This document shows, piece by piece, positions 9,396 to 18,290 of a stretch of DNA of 64,000 nt (within the stretch, counting starts at the first letter, position 1; each line of letters starts with the position of its first letter). The translations under genes were made by a program, and so were the position numbers. Source of the DNA: Candidatus Ratteibacteria bacterium (lineage in GTDB: Bacteria; Ratteibacteria; UBA8468; B48-G9; JAFGKM01); the NCBI GenBank assembly GCA_046296715.1, contig JBKBIN010000008.1, positions 637 through 64,636 on the forward strand. Direction: 5' to 3'. The notes beneath the pieces are model-generated. The model was not told where the DNA came from. It ran no database searches and saw nothing but the letters and a program-made list of their open reading frames with translations.

Positions 9396-9997
9396 CTTGA
9401 TAAAAATTTTGAGTTTTTAATTATGAATCTCCAAGGTAAATCTTTGTTTTTTCCTGCATAAGGGATGTTTATTCTTGGGGTTGCCATTATTTCCTCTTCT
9501 TTTATCTTTTCTCCTTCTAATAAGTAAATTAACCTACCTTCAACCATATCTTCACCATTTAATTTTCTATCTATTTTTAATCCCTTACATATTTTCCCTG
9601 GACCATTTAAAATTTTAGTAATATCATATTTTTCTTTTTTATTCAGATTTTCAAGAACTTTTTCAATACCAGAAATTGGTTCAATTGCACGAAAAAGAAC
9701 TCCTCCTGCTTTTCCATTTTCATGAGAAACTACATTAAGACAGTAAGTATTTATATAAACAGGGTAGATATATGCTTTACCTACTTGTCCAAATAATATT
9801 TCTGTTCTTTTTGTTTTCCCAAATCTTCCTACATGACAACCTTTATCTTCAATTCCACCATATGCCTCTGTTTCAACAATTTTACCTATAATTTTTTCTC
9901 TATCAATTTCCCTTACTAAATATTTTCCAAGTAATTCTTTAGCAACAACAACTGGATTTCTTTCAAAAAATTCCCTTTTTATATGCTTAAAGACCAT
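9392..9997 (-). CDS. mpg: 3-methyladenine DNA glycosylase (AAG/MPG family)
   Basis: VAKELLGK, IVETEAY, CLNVV, GVLFRAIEP, NGPGKIC, TPRINI, PWRF. Confidence 0.92.
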   Translation of the reverse strand: MVFKHIKREFFERNPVVVAKELLGKYLVREIDREKIIGKIVETEAYGGIEDKGCHVGRFGKTKRTEILFGQVGKAYIYPVYINTYCLNVVSHENGKAGGVLFRAIEPISGIEKVLENLNKKEKYDITKILNGPGKICKGLKIDRKLNGEDMVEGRLIYLLEGEKIKEEEIMATPRINIPYAGKNKDLPWRFIIKNSKFLSR

Positions 9998-10070
9998 TCT
10001 ATTTATATTATACTCTTAAACTTTTCAAAATTTATTTGACATCAAAAGGATGAAAGTTTTAATTTAAATA

Positions 10071-12353
10071 ATGAAAATGAAAAATGTTTTAAGGTTAGCT
10101 ATATTAACTACTGGATTTTCTGGCTTTTTTGTTCAGATGCTCCTTTTAAGAGAATTTTTAATTATTTTTACTGGGAATGAATTATCAATTGGAATAATTT
10201 TAACAAGTTGGTTAATTTCAGAAGGGATTGGAAGTTATTTATCAGGTAAAAAATCAAAAAATTTTATAAGTAATGAGGAGAATTTTTCTATTTTAACCAC
10301 TATTTTTACTATTTATTTTTCGTTCAGTATTTATTTAATTAGAATTTTGAGGAACATTTTAGATATTTCAATTAATCAGCCTGTCGGAGTTTTTCAAATT
10401 TTATATTCTTCTTTTTTAATTCTTTTCCTTCCCGCTTTTATTCATGGTGCATTATTTACTTTATCCTGTAAAATATACTCAAATATTTTGTATGAAAAAA
10501 GAAAATCCGCTGGTTATGCATATATTTATGAGACAACTGGAACAATTTTAGGTGGAGCAATTTGGACTTTCCTTCTTAGTATAAATAGATTGCATTCATT
10601 TTACATATCCTTTTTAATCTCATCATTAAATTTCTTTACATCATTTCTTGTTGCAATTTTCTTATTCAATAAAGATAAAATTAAATTAAAGGCAATTAAA
10701 ATTTTTTCAATTTTTCTTTTTCTTTTAAACAACTACCTAATTTTTACAAACTATCCTGAAAAGATTCACAAAATTTCACTACTCAAACAATGGAAAGGTC
10801 TTAATATTATAAATTATCAGAATTCAATATATGGAAATATCTGTTTAATTGAAAATCAACAACAATATTCATTTTTTCTGAATGGAAGACATTTGTCAAC
10901 TATACCTATTCCTGATATAGAATATATAAGGAAATTTGTTCATTTGCCACTTCTTTTACATCCAAAACCAGAAAAGGTCCTTATTATAAGTGGAAATTTT
11001 GAAATGATAAATGAAGTTTTAAAATATGAAACTATAAAACTCATTGAATATGTTGAGATAGACAAAACTTTAATTCAAATTATAAATACATTACCACACC
11101 ATTTAACTAAGGTTTTTAAAAATCAAAAAGTGAAAATTATAAATGAAGATGGTAGATTTTATTTAAGTAAAACAAAAGAAAGTTATGATTTAATCTTCCT
11201 TGGAATTTCTGAACCATCTGATTTACTATCAAACCGATTTTTTACAAAAGAATTTTTTAATATTGTAAAAAATAAATTAAATGAAGATGGAATTTTAGTT
11301 TTTGACCTTTTTGGTTCTTTAAGTTATCCAAATCAGGAATTAATTAAATTGCATAGATGTATTTTTGAAACTTTAAATTTAATTTTCAAAGGATATAATG
11401 TTTCAACATATAATGTTAGAGTAATACCTGGTTCAGGTTCTTTTTTATATCTTGCAGCAAAAAATGATAAAATTTTATGGATTTATGAGATTTCTCCTCA
11501 AAAACAAATAGATTCAATTTATTATCCTGATTATAGGATTCTTCATTATGGCTGGTTTAACTTTTATTTAAATACAATTAAAAAAGAAAAAATTATAGAT
11601 GTAAATAGAGATTTTAAACCTGTTGGGGTTTTCTATTCTATTGCATACTGGAATACAATATTTGCTCCGTATATAAGACATATTTTCAAATTTCTTGAAA
11701 AATTAAAAATTGAACCGATTTTAATTTTTATTCTATTGATTTTACTCATCTTAATTTTAGAAAGAAAAAACAAAAAGACATTTTATACTGTTCCATTTTG
11801 TATATTTTCAACTGGTTTTTCTGTTATGATATTTAATTTGATGATAATTTTTTCTTTTCAGGTAATTTATGGATATGTTTTTCATTTGATTGGAATTTTA
11901 ACTACTTTTTTCATGAGCGGTTTAATAATAGGAGCATTGTTAGCCAATTTAATATCAAAATATAATATTAAACCTTTGAAGATTTTTAAATTAACAGAAA
12001 TACTCATAATCTTTTATTCCCTATTACTTCCCTTTTTCATTATAATTTTCTCTAAATTAAGTTTTAATATTCACCCTTTTCATTTTATTATATTCATTTT
12101 TCCTTTGTTATCTCTTGTAAGTGGTTTTCTTGCTGGAATTCAGTTCCCTATCGGAAATATTATATATTTAAAAAATCAAGATAATGTAGGGAAAACAGCA
12201 GGAATTCTTTATTGTAGTGATTTATTGGGTGGATGTATTGGAGGTCTTTTAGGATGTCTTGTTTTATTCCCTGTTTTAGGAGTTTTAAATTCTTGCTTAA
12301 TTGTTTTTTTGGTTAAAATATTTAGTTTATTTACCTTTATAAAAAAGGTATAA
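10071..12353 (+). CDS. Membrane-fused spermidine synthase-like protein
   Basis: N- and C-terminal TM bundles (GNELSIG, AYIYETTGTILGG, LYCSDLLGG); central SIYGNI, YVEIDK, EDGRFYL, YDLI, NRFFTKEFF. Confidence 0.8.
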   Translation: MKMKNVLRLAILTTGFSGFFVQMLLLREFLIIFTGNELSIGIILTSWLISEGIGSYLSGKKSKNFISNEENFSILTTIFTIYFSFSIYLIRILRNILDISINQPVGVFQILYSSFLILFLPAFIHGALFTLSCKIYSNILYEKRKSAGYAYIYETTGTILGGAIWTFLLSINRLHSFYISFLISSLNFFTSFLVAIFLFNKDKIKLKAIKIFSIFLFLLNNYLIFTNYPEKIHKISLLKQWKGLNIINYQNSIYGNICLIENQQQYSFFLNGRHLSTIPIPDIEYIRKFVHLPLLLHPKPEKVLIISGNFEMINEVLKYETIKLIEYVEIDKTLIQIINTLPHHLTKVFKNQKVKIINEDGRFYLSKTKESYDLIFLGISEPSDLLSNRFFTKEFFNIVKNKLNEDGILVFDLFGSLSYPNQELIKLHRCIFETLNLIFKGYNVSTYNVRVIPGSGSFLYLAAKNDKILWIYEISPQKQIDSIYYPDYRILHYGWFNFYLNTIKKEKIIDVNRDFKPVGVFYSIAYWNTIFAPYIRHIFKFLEKLKIEPILIFILLILLILILERKNKKTFYTVPFCIFSTGFSVMIFNLMIIFSFQVIYGYVFHLIGILTTFFMSGLIIGALLANLISKYNIKPLKIFKLTEILIIFYSLLLPFFIIIFSKLSFNIHPFHFIIFIFPLLSLVSGFLAGIQFPIGNIIYLKNQDNVGKTAGILYCSDLLGGCIGGLLGCLVLFPVLGVLNSCLIVFLVKIFSLFTFIKKV

Positions 12354-12361
12354 TAAATTAA

Positions 12362-13426
12362 ATGAGGTATTGGAAGTTTAAAGAATTTATTTTGTTTTTA
12401 AGTGTATTTATATCTATGGTTTTTATATTTTTAAATTTCAAAAATGAAAAAAGCAAAAAAATAGAAAAATCTGAGAAAAGTTTCACTTCTTTTATTTCTA
12501 ATTTTGAGCCATCTTATTTAAAACTTTACAAATCAGGCCAGTTAAAAGAAAGGGCAGAAAAATTATGGAATTTAATGGAAAGATGCTCTTTATGTCCAAG
12601 AAATTGTGGAGTAAATCGCCTTAAAGGACAAATAGGTTTCTGTCGCGCTCCTGGAACAAAACTTATTGTTTCATCTTACTTTCCACATTTTGGAGAAGAA
12701 AGGGAATTAGTTGGAAGGGGCGGTTCAGGAACAATATTTTTTACCCATTGTAATTTAAGATGTATATTCTGTCAGAACTGGGAAATAAGTCATCTTGGGA
12801 AAGGATACGGAACAACGATTGAAGAACTTGCAGATATGATGCTTGAACTTCAAAGAATGGGATGTCATAATATAAATTTTGTAACACCAACACATTATTC
12901 ACCCCATATTTTAAAAGCGATTGATATAGCAACAGGAAAAGGTTTGAGATTACCAATTGTTTATAATACAAGTGGATGGGAAAAAGTTGAGATACTTAAA
13001 TTTTTTGATGGAGTTGTTGATATATATTTACCAGATTTTAAATATTGGGACCCAAATATGTCCAAAAAATATTCACAAGGAGCAGAAAGTTATCCAGAAA
13101 TTACAAAAAAAGCAATACTTGAGATGCATAGACAGGTTGGAGTAGCAAAACCAGAAAAAGATGGGATTATATACAGAGGGCTAATGATAAGACATCTTGT
13201 TATGCCAAATAATGTATCAGGTTCAGAAGAAATATTAAAATGGATAGCAGAAAACTTACCAAAAGATACTTATATAAACATTATGTCTCAATATACACCA
13301 TATTATAAGGCATTTGATTATCCAGAAATTGCAAGAAGGGTGACTCTTGAAGAATATAAAAAAGTAGTGAAAAAAGCAAAAGAACTTGGATTAACCAATC
13401 TTTACATAACCATTCCCACCTCGTAG
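12362..13426 (+). CDS. PflX-like radical SAM protein (copy 2, N-terminal TM/signal anchor)
   Basis: Same motifs as copy 1, with hydrophobic N-terminus FILFLSVFISMVFIFL; the TAG stop lies inside REP-like copy 3. Confidence 0.9.
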   Translation: MRYWKFKEFILFLSVFISMVFIFLNFKNEKSKKIEKSEKSFTSFISNFEPSYLKLYKSGQLKERAEKLWNLMERCSLCPRNCGVNRLKGQIGFCRAPGTKLIVSSYFPHFGEERELVGRGGSGTIFFTHCNLRCIFCQNWEISHLGKGYGTTIEELADMMLELQRMGCHNINFVTPTHYSPHILKAIDIATGKGLRLPIVYNTSGWEKVEILKFFDGVVDIYLPDFKYWDPNMSKKYSQGAESYPEITKKAILEMHRQVGVAKPEKDGIIYRGLMIRHLVMPNNVSGSEEILKWIAENLPKDTYINIMSQYTPYYKAFDYPEIARRVTLEEYKKVVKKAKELGLTNLYITIPTS

Positions 13427-13460
13427 GTGGTATTTCGGGAGCGTTGAGCCAGTTGCATTT
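13416..13460 (+). repeat. REP-like palindromic repeat, copy 3 (diverged tail)
   Basis: CCACCT-CGT-AGGTGG; tail aligns without gaps to copy 1 at about 20/31 positions. Confidence 0.75.
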
Positions 13461-13524
13461 TGGCAATCTGTTTTTAAAATAAACTTTTATTCTTTTAAAA
13501 ATGTCTAAATTAAAAAGGAGAAAG

Positions 13525-14460
13525 ATGAAAAAGAAAATTATATTCGGTTTATTGTCTTCTTTTTCTATTTTTGTTTTTTCTCAGAATATAAAACTGCCTG
13601 AAAATGTTAAAATTATTAAAGATGTTGTATATGGAAATGTTGATGGTAAAAATTTGTATCTTGATATAATAAGACCTAAAAAAGCAGAAGGAAAGTTGCC
13701 TGTTATTGTTTTTATTCATGGAGGAGGATGGAGATCTGGAGATAAACAAACAGGTATTTTTAGATTAATACCTTTTGCAGAAAAAGGATATTTCTGTGTA
13801 AGTATAAATTATAGATTAAGTGATGAAGCAAAATTTCCAGCACAAATTGAGGATTGTAAATGCGCTATAAGATTTTTAAGGGCTAATGCTGAAAAATATA
13901 GTATTGATCCTGAAAAAATTGGTGTATGGGGAACTTCTGCGGGAGGTCATCTTGCATCATTACTTGGGACAACTGGTGATTTTAAAGAGTTTGATAGAAA
14001 AGGTGGCTGGGAAGGTTTTTCAAGTAAAGTTAATGCAGTTTGTGATTGGTTTGGTCCATCTGATTTTTTAATTGGTTTTGAAAAATCTAAAAGAGATGGG
14101 ATACCTTATAAAACACTGATAGAACTTTTTGGTGAGAATATTGAAAATTTAGAGGAAAATTTGAAGAAAGCAAGTCCTGCTTATCAGGTTAATAAAAATT
14201 GCCCACCGTTTTTAATTATGCATGGTGATAAAGATAATGTTGTTCCATATATCCAAAGTTCAATTCTTTATAATAAATTAAAAGAAAATGGAGTCCCTGT
14301 AGTTTTAGTAAAAATAAAGGATGCCGGTCATGGAATTGGTTTTGGTGAGAGTGCTTTAGAATTTGTTGAGAGTTTTTTTGAGTGTTATTTAAAAGATAAA
14401 AAGGCAAAGTGGCAATCAATCACAGGAGGAAGAGATTTTATAGAAATATCAATTAAATAG
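13525..14460 (+). CDS. Secreted alpha/beta hydrolase (HSL-family/BD-FAE-like esterase)
   Basis: Signal peptide; HGGGW, GTSAGG, HGDKDNVV, AGHG; SD AAGGAG before ATG 13525. Confidence 0.88.
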   Translation: MKKKIIFGLLSSFSIFVFSQNIKLPENVKIIKDVVYGNVDGKNLYLDIIRPKKAEGKLPVIVFIHGGGWRSGDKQTGIFRLIPFAEKGYFCVSINYRLSDEAKFPAQIEDCKCAIRFLRANAEKYSIDPEKIGVWGTSAGGHLASLLGTTGDFKEFDRKGGWEGFSSKVNAVCDWFGPSDFLIGFEKSKRDGIPYKTLIELFGENIENLEENLKKASPAYQVNKNCPPFLIMHGDKDNVVPYIQSSILYNKLKENGVPVVLVKIKDAGHGIGFGESALEFVESFFECYLKDKKAKWQSITGGRDFIEISIK

Positions 14461-14536
14461 TTATAATATCCAAAAATTCATCAATTTAATTCTTCATAAG
14501 TTTTCATAAATTTTCAGTAAATGGTATAATTTTTTT

Positions 14537-15604
14537 ATGAAAAACATCTTTATTGTTGCAACAAGACAGAATGATGGAAAAACTGTTATAAGTGTAGGAC
14601 TATTCCTTGCATTAAAAAAATATATAAGTGAAATTGGTTTTATAAAACCTGTTGGTCAAAAGTATGTAGATATTGATGGAAAGAAAGTTGATAAAGATGC
14701 TGTTTTAATAAAAAAAATATGCAAATTAGAAGATGACCTTGAAGATATGAATCCTATCGCTGTTGAGGAAGGTTTTACAAGGAATTATCTTGATAATCCA
14801 AATAAAGAACAACTTGTTGAAAAAATTGTAAGAAGTTATAAAAAAATTTCTGAAAATAAAAAATTTATGATTATAGAAGGAACAGGTCATGCAGGAGTTG
14901 GTTCAATATTTGATCTTAATAATGCAGAAGTAGCGAGAATTCTTAATTGTCCAGTTATTATAATTTCAATAGGAGGAATAGGCCGACCAGCAGATGAAAT
15001 AACCTTAAATTTGTCACTTTTTAAAGAAAAAAATGTTCCTGTAAAAGGAGTAATTATAAATAAGATTTTGGAAGAAAAAAGGGACATGCTTAAACATTAT
15101 TTAGAGAAATTTTTTAAAAAAATAGATTTGAGACTTTTAGGTCTTATCCCTTTTGTTCCTGATTTAACATACCCAAATCTTTTTCAAATATGTGATGCTG
15201 TTGATGGCAAAATAATTACAGGTTGGAATAAAATGAGAGAAAAAATAAAAAATATTGTTGTAGGAGCGATGACTCCAAGGAATGCACTTGATCACTTTAA
15301 ACCAGATTCTCTATTAATAACTCCTGGAGATAGGGAAGATATTATACTTGCTGCTCTTTCTACATCTATGCAAAATTTAATCAAAGGAATTGTTTTAACA
15401 GGTAATTTATATCCTCATAAAACGATACTTGATTTGATTAAGAAATATGATTTTCCAACTATTGTTGCAGAAGAAGGAACTTATGAAGTAGCTTCAAAGA
15501 TTAACGAACTTGTAGTTAAACTTACTGAAAATGATATTGATAAAATAGAAATCGCAAAAACGCTTATAGAAAAAAATATAAATATTGAAGAGATTTTAGA
15601 ATGA
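14537..15604 (+). CDS. BioD-like/DRTGG protein (Pta N-terminal domains without the catalytic domain)
   Basis: NDGKT, GFIKPVG, IEGTGHAGVGS, LITPGDREDII, GIVLTG. Confidence 0.85.
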   Translation: MKNIFIVATRQNDGKTVISVGLFLALKKYISEIGFIKPVGQKYVDIDGKKVDKDAVLIKKICKLEDDLEDMNPIAVEEGFTRNYLDNPNKEQLVEKIVRSYKKISENKKFMIIEGTGHAGVGSIFDLNNAEVARILNCPVIIISIGGIGRPADEITLNLSLFKEKNVPVKGVIINKILEEKRDMLKHYLEKFFKKIDLRLLGLIPFVPDLTYPNLFQICDAVDGKIITGWNKMREKIKNIVVGAMTPRNALDHFKPDSLLITPGDREDIILAALSTSMQNLIKGIVLTGNLYPHKTILDLIKKYDFPTIVAEEGTYEVASKINELVVKLTENDIDKIEIAKTLIEKNINIEEILE

Positions 15605-17457
15605 AAGAATATGTAATTTTAAATGTTCAACCGTTTAATAAAAAAATACTGATTAGAAAAGGGACAGATATTTTATCCGCTTTAATTAAGAGTAATATTT
15701 TCATTACATCAAGTTGTGGTGGAAAGGGGATATGTGGCAGATGTAAAGTAAAAATTTTAAGAGGAGATTTTTATTCAGAACCAACTGGAAAAATTACTGA
15801 AGAAGAAAAAAATAATAATATTGTTCTTGCATGTAGAACAACTATTCTTGGTAATCTTGAAATTGAGATACTTCCTTCTTCAATTATACCTGAAAAAATA
15901 TCAAAAGAATTTGAAAAAGGAGAAGAGTTTGAACATTTTAAAATTGACTTGAAGAAAGTTTACCCTTTTTCCCCTATTGTCAAAAAAATCTTTTTGAGAT
16001 TACCTACTCCAAATTTTGATGATACTTTAAGTGATTATGAAAGATTAATTAGGAGTTTGAAGAGATATACAGCGAAAGAAAGATTTAATATAGATATTTC
16101 AAATTTAAGAAGATTACCAAATATATTAAGAACAAGTTTTTGGGAAATAACTGTAAGTATTTTTGAAGATAAAGAAACAGTTGAAATTATAAATATAGAA
16201 CCAGGAGATACATCTAAAAAAAATTATGGGATTGCTGTAGACATTGGAACAACAACAATTTCAGCAAGTTTAGTTGACATGAATAAAGAAGAAGTTTTAA
16301 AAACAGAAATAACATTTAATAAACAGGTATCTTTTGGTGAAGATATTATTACAAGAATTATCTATGCTGAAAAAAAAGATGGGCTTGAAAAATTACATCA
16401 TATTGTATCAGAAACGATAAATGAATTAATAGTAAATCTCTCTAAAAAGTGTGATGTTTCAATTAATGATATAACATGTGTTTCAATTTCAGGAAATATG
16501 ACAATGGTTCATTTACTTTTAAAAATAAATCCTTCTTTTTTAAGAAAAGAACCATACATTCCAGTTGCAAATATTTTTCCTATTTTAAAATGTTCAGATG
16601 CAGGAATTAGAATTAATCCAAATGGAATTCTTGCAATAGTTCCTGGTGGATATCCTTATGTTGGAGGAGATATAACTTCTGGAATTTTAGTTTCAGGTAT
16701 TTATAGAGAAAATGAACTTTCTATTTTTGTAGATGTAGGAACAAATGGAGAAATAGTTGTTGGAAATAAAGATTTTTTAACCTGTTGTGCTGCTTCTGCA
16801 GGTCCATGTTTTGAAGGAAGTGGAGTAAAAAACGGTGTGAGAGCAATAAATGGGGCGATTCAGAAAGTTAAAATAAAAGATGGAGAGGTCTTTTTTGAAA
16901 CTATAGGGCAAAGTGAACCAATAGGAATTTGTGGTTCAGGATATATTGAACTTCTTGCAGAACTCTATAGAAATAAAATTATAGATAGAAATGGGGATTT
17001 CGTAAAAGAAAATAATAGGATAGTTGAAAATGAAGGAATTAAAGAATTTGTAATTTATGAAAGGAAAAATCAGGAAAGAATAGTTATAACCAAAGCAGAC
17101 ATAGAAAATTTAATAAGAGCCAAGGGAGCAATTTATTCAGCAATTTCTACAATTTTAAAAACACTTGGATTGGAAGTCAAGGATATTAAAAAATTTTATA
17201 TCGCAGGTGGATTTGGTAGACATCTTGATATTGAAAAGTCAATTGAGATAGGATTATTACCAAATTTACCAGTTGAAAGATTTAAATTTCTTGGGAATAC
17301 TTCTTTAATTGGAGCAGAACAATATTTATTTAGTGAAAAATTTAGGAATTTATCAGAAGAAATAATTCAAAAACTAACTTATATTGATTTATCAAGAAGT
17401 CCAATTTATATGGAGGAATATTTAAGAGCACTTTTTATACCGCATACTGATTTTTAA
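15601..17457 (+). CDS. acsV: Reductive activator of corrinoid protein (RACo, ASKHA ATPase with 2Fe-2S domain)
   Basis: CGGKGICGRC...LAC, DIGTTT, YVGGDI, DVGTNGE, AGPCFEG, GICGSG, AGGFG. Confidence 0.9.
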   Translation: MKEYVILNVQPFNKKILIRKGTDILSALIKSNIFITSSCGGKGICGRCKVKILRGDFYSEPTGKITEEEKNNNIVLACRTTILGNLEIEILPSSIIPEKISKEFEKGEEFEHFKIDLKKVYPFSPIVKKIFLRLPTPNFDDTLSDYERLIRSLKRYTAKERFNIDISNLRRLPNILRTSFWEITVSIFEDKETVEIINIEPGDTSKKNYGIAVDIGTTTISASLVDMNKEEVLKTEITFNKQVSFGEDIITRIIYAEKKDGLEKLHHIVSETINELIVNLSKKCDVSINDITCVSISGNMTMVHLLLKINPSFLRKEPYIPVANIFPILKCSDAGIRINPNGILAIVPGGYPYVGGDITSGILVSGIYRENELSIFVDVGTNGEIVVGNKDFLTCCAASAGPCFEGSGVKNGVRAINGAIQKVKIKDGEVFFETIGQSEPIGICGSGYIELLAELYRNKIIDRNGDFVKENNRIVENEGIKEFVIYERKNQERIVITKADIENLIRAKGAIYSAISTILKTLGLEVKDIKKFYIAGGFGRHLDIEKSIEIGLLPNLPVERFKFLGNTSLIGAEQYLFSEKFRNLSEEIIQKLTYIDLSRSPIYMEEYLRALFIPHTDF

Positions 17458-17470
17458 GGGGAAGGGAAAA

Positions 17471-18223
17471 ATGTTGAAAATTGGAGTTGCAGGAAAAGGA
17501 GGAACAGGAAAAACAACTCTTACTTCATTGATTATTCTTTCACTTTTAAAGATGAAAAAAAACCCAATTCTTGCAATTGATGCAGATCCAAACAGTAATC
17601 TCGCTGAAAATCTTGGGATAAAAAGTCCTCGTTCGCTTGTAGAAATTGTTAATGAAATTGAAAAAATTAAAAATAATTTGCCTTATGGAATGGAAAAAGC
17701 AAAATATCTTGAAATGAAAGTTCAGGAGGCAATAAAAGAAGAAAAGGGTTTTGATTTACTTGTTATGGGTAGAACTGAGGGTCCTGGATGTTATTGTTAT
17801 GCAAATAATCTTTTAAGAGAATGGATGTCAAAATTAGAGAAGAATTATAAATTTATTGTTATGGATAACGAAGCAGGAATGGAACATATTTCCAGAAGAA
17901 CCTCTGGAGATCTCGACATACTTTTTATTGTCTCTTTGTGTGATAAAATTTCATTAAGAACAGCCGAAAATATATATAAAATGATAAACTCTCTTGAGTT
18001 GAATATAAAAAAGGCATATCTTGTTCTGAATGAGTTTTCCTTTAAAAAAAATATAAAAGACATAAATTTACCTGTTCCTTTAGGATTTAAATTACCTTTT
18101 GATCAAGAGATTTATGAACTTTCAGAAGAAAATAAAGGAATTTTAAACTTATCTGAAAATTCAACCGCTTATTTAATAGTAAGGGAATTTGTAGAAAAAT
18201 GGATATTAGAAAAAAATTTGTGA
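17471..18223 (+). CDS. acsF: CooC2/AcsF-type Ni-insertion ATPase
   Basis: AGKGGTGKTT, IDADPN, EGPGCYCYAN, DNEAGMEHISRR; directly upstream of acsC. Confidence 0.85.
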   Translation: MLKIGVAGKGGTGKTTLTSLIILSLLKMKKNPILAIDADPNSNLAENLGIKSPRSLVEIVNEIEKIKNNLPYGMEKAKYLEMKVQEAIKEEKGFDLLVMGRTEGPGCYCYANNLLREWMSKLEKNYKFIVMDNEAGMEHISRRTSGDLDILFIVSLCDKISLRTAENIYKMINSLELNIKKAYLVLNEFSFKKNIKDINLPVPLGFKLPFDQEIYELSEENKGILNLSENSTAYLIVREFVEKWILEKNL

Positions 18224-18235
18224 AATTTTTCACAA
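18218..18235. promoter_or_regulatory. Rex (NADH/NAD+ sensor) operator
   Basis: TTGTGAA-ATTT-TTCACAA, exact Rex consensus palindrome. Confidence 0.8.
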
Positions 18236-18240
18236 AAAAA

Positions 18241-18269
18241 TTGAATGAAAAAGTAAAAGTATCTATAAT
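18241..18269 (+). promoter_or_regulatory. Sigma70 promoter of acsC-acsE
   Basis: TTGAAT-17 nt-TATAAT; SD AGGAGG before ATG 18291. Confidence 0.7.
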
Positions 18270-18290
18270 TTTTATTTAAAAGGAGGGAAT

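Noticed and set aside
5707-13426. PflX pair as a diversity-generating retroelement template/variable repeat
   Set aside because: Both are full ORFs with scattered substitutions that are not adenine-specific, and there is no reverse transcriptase in the window.
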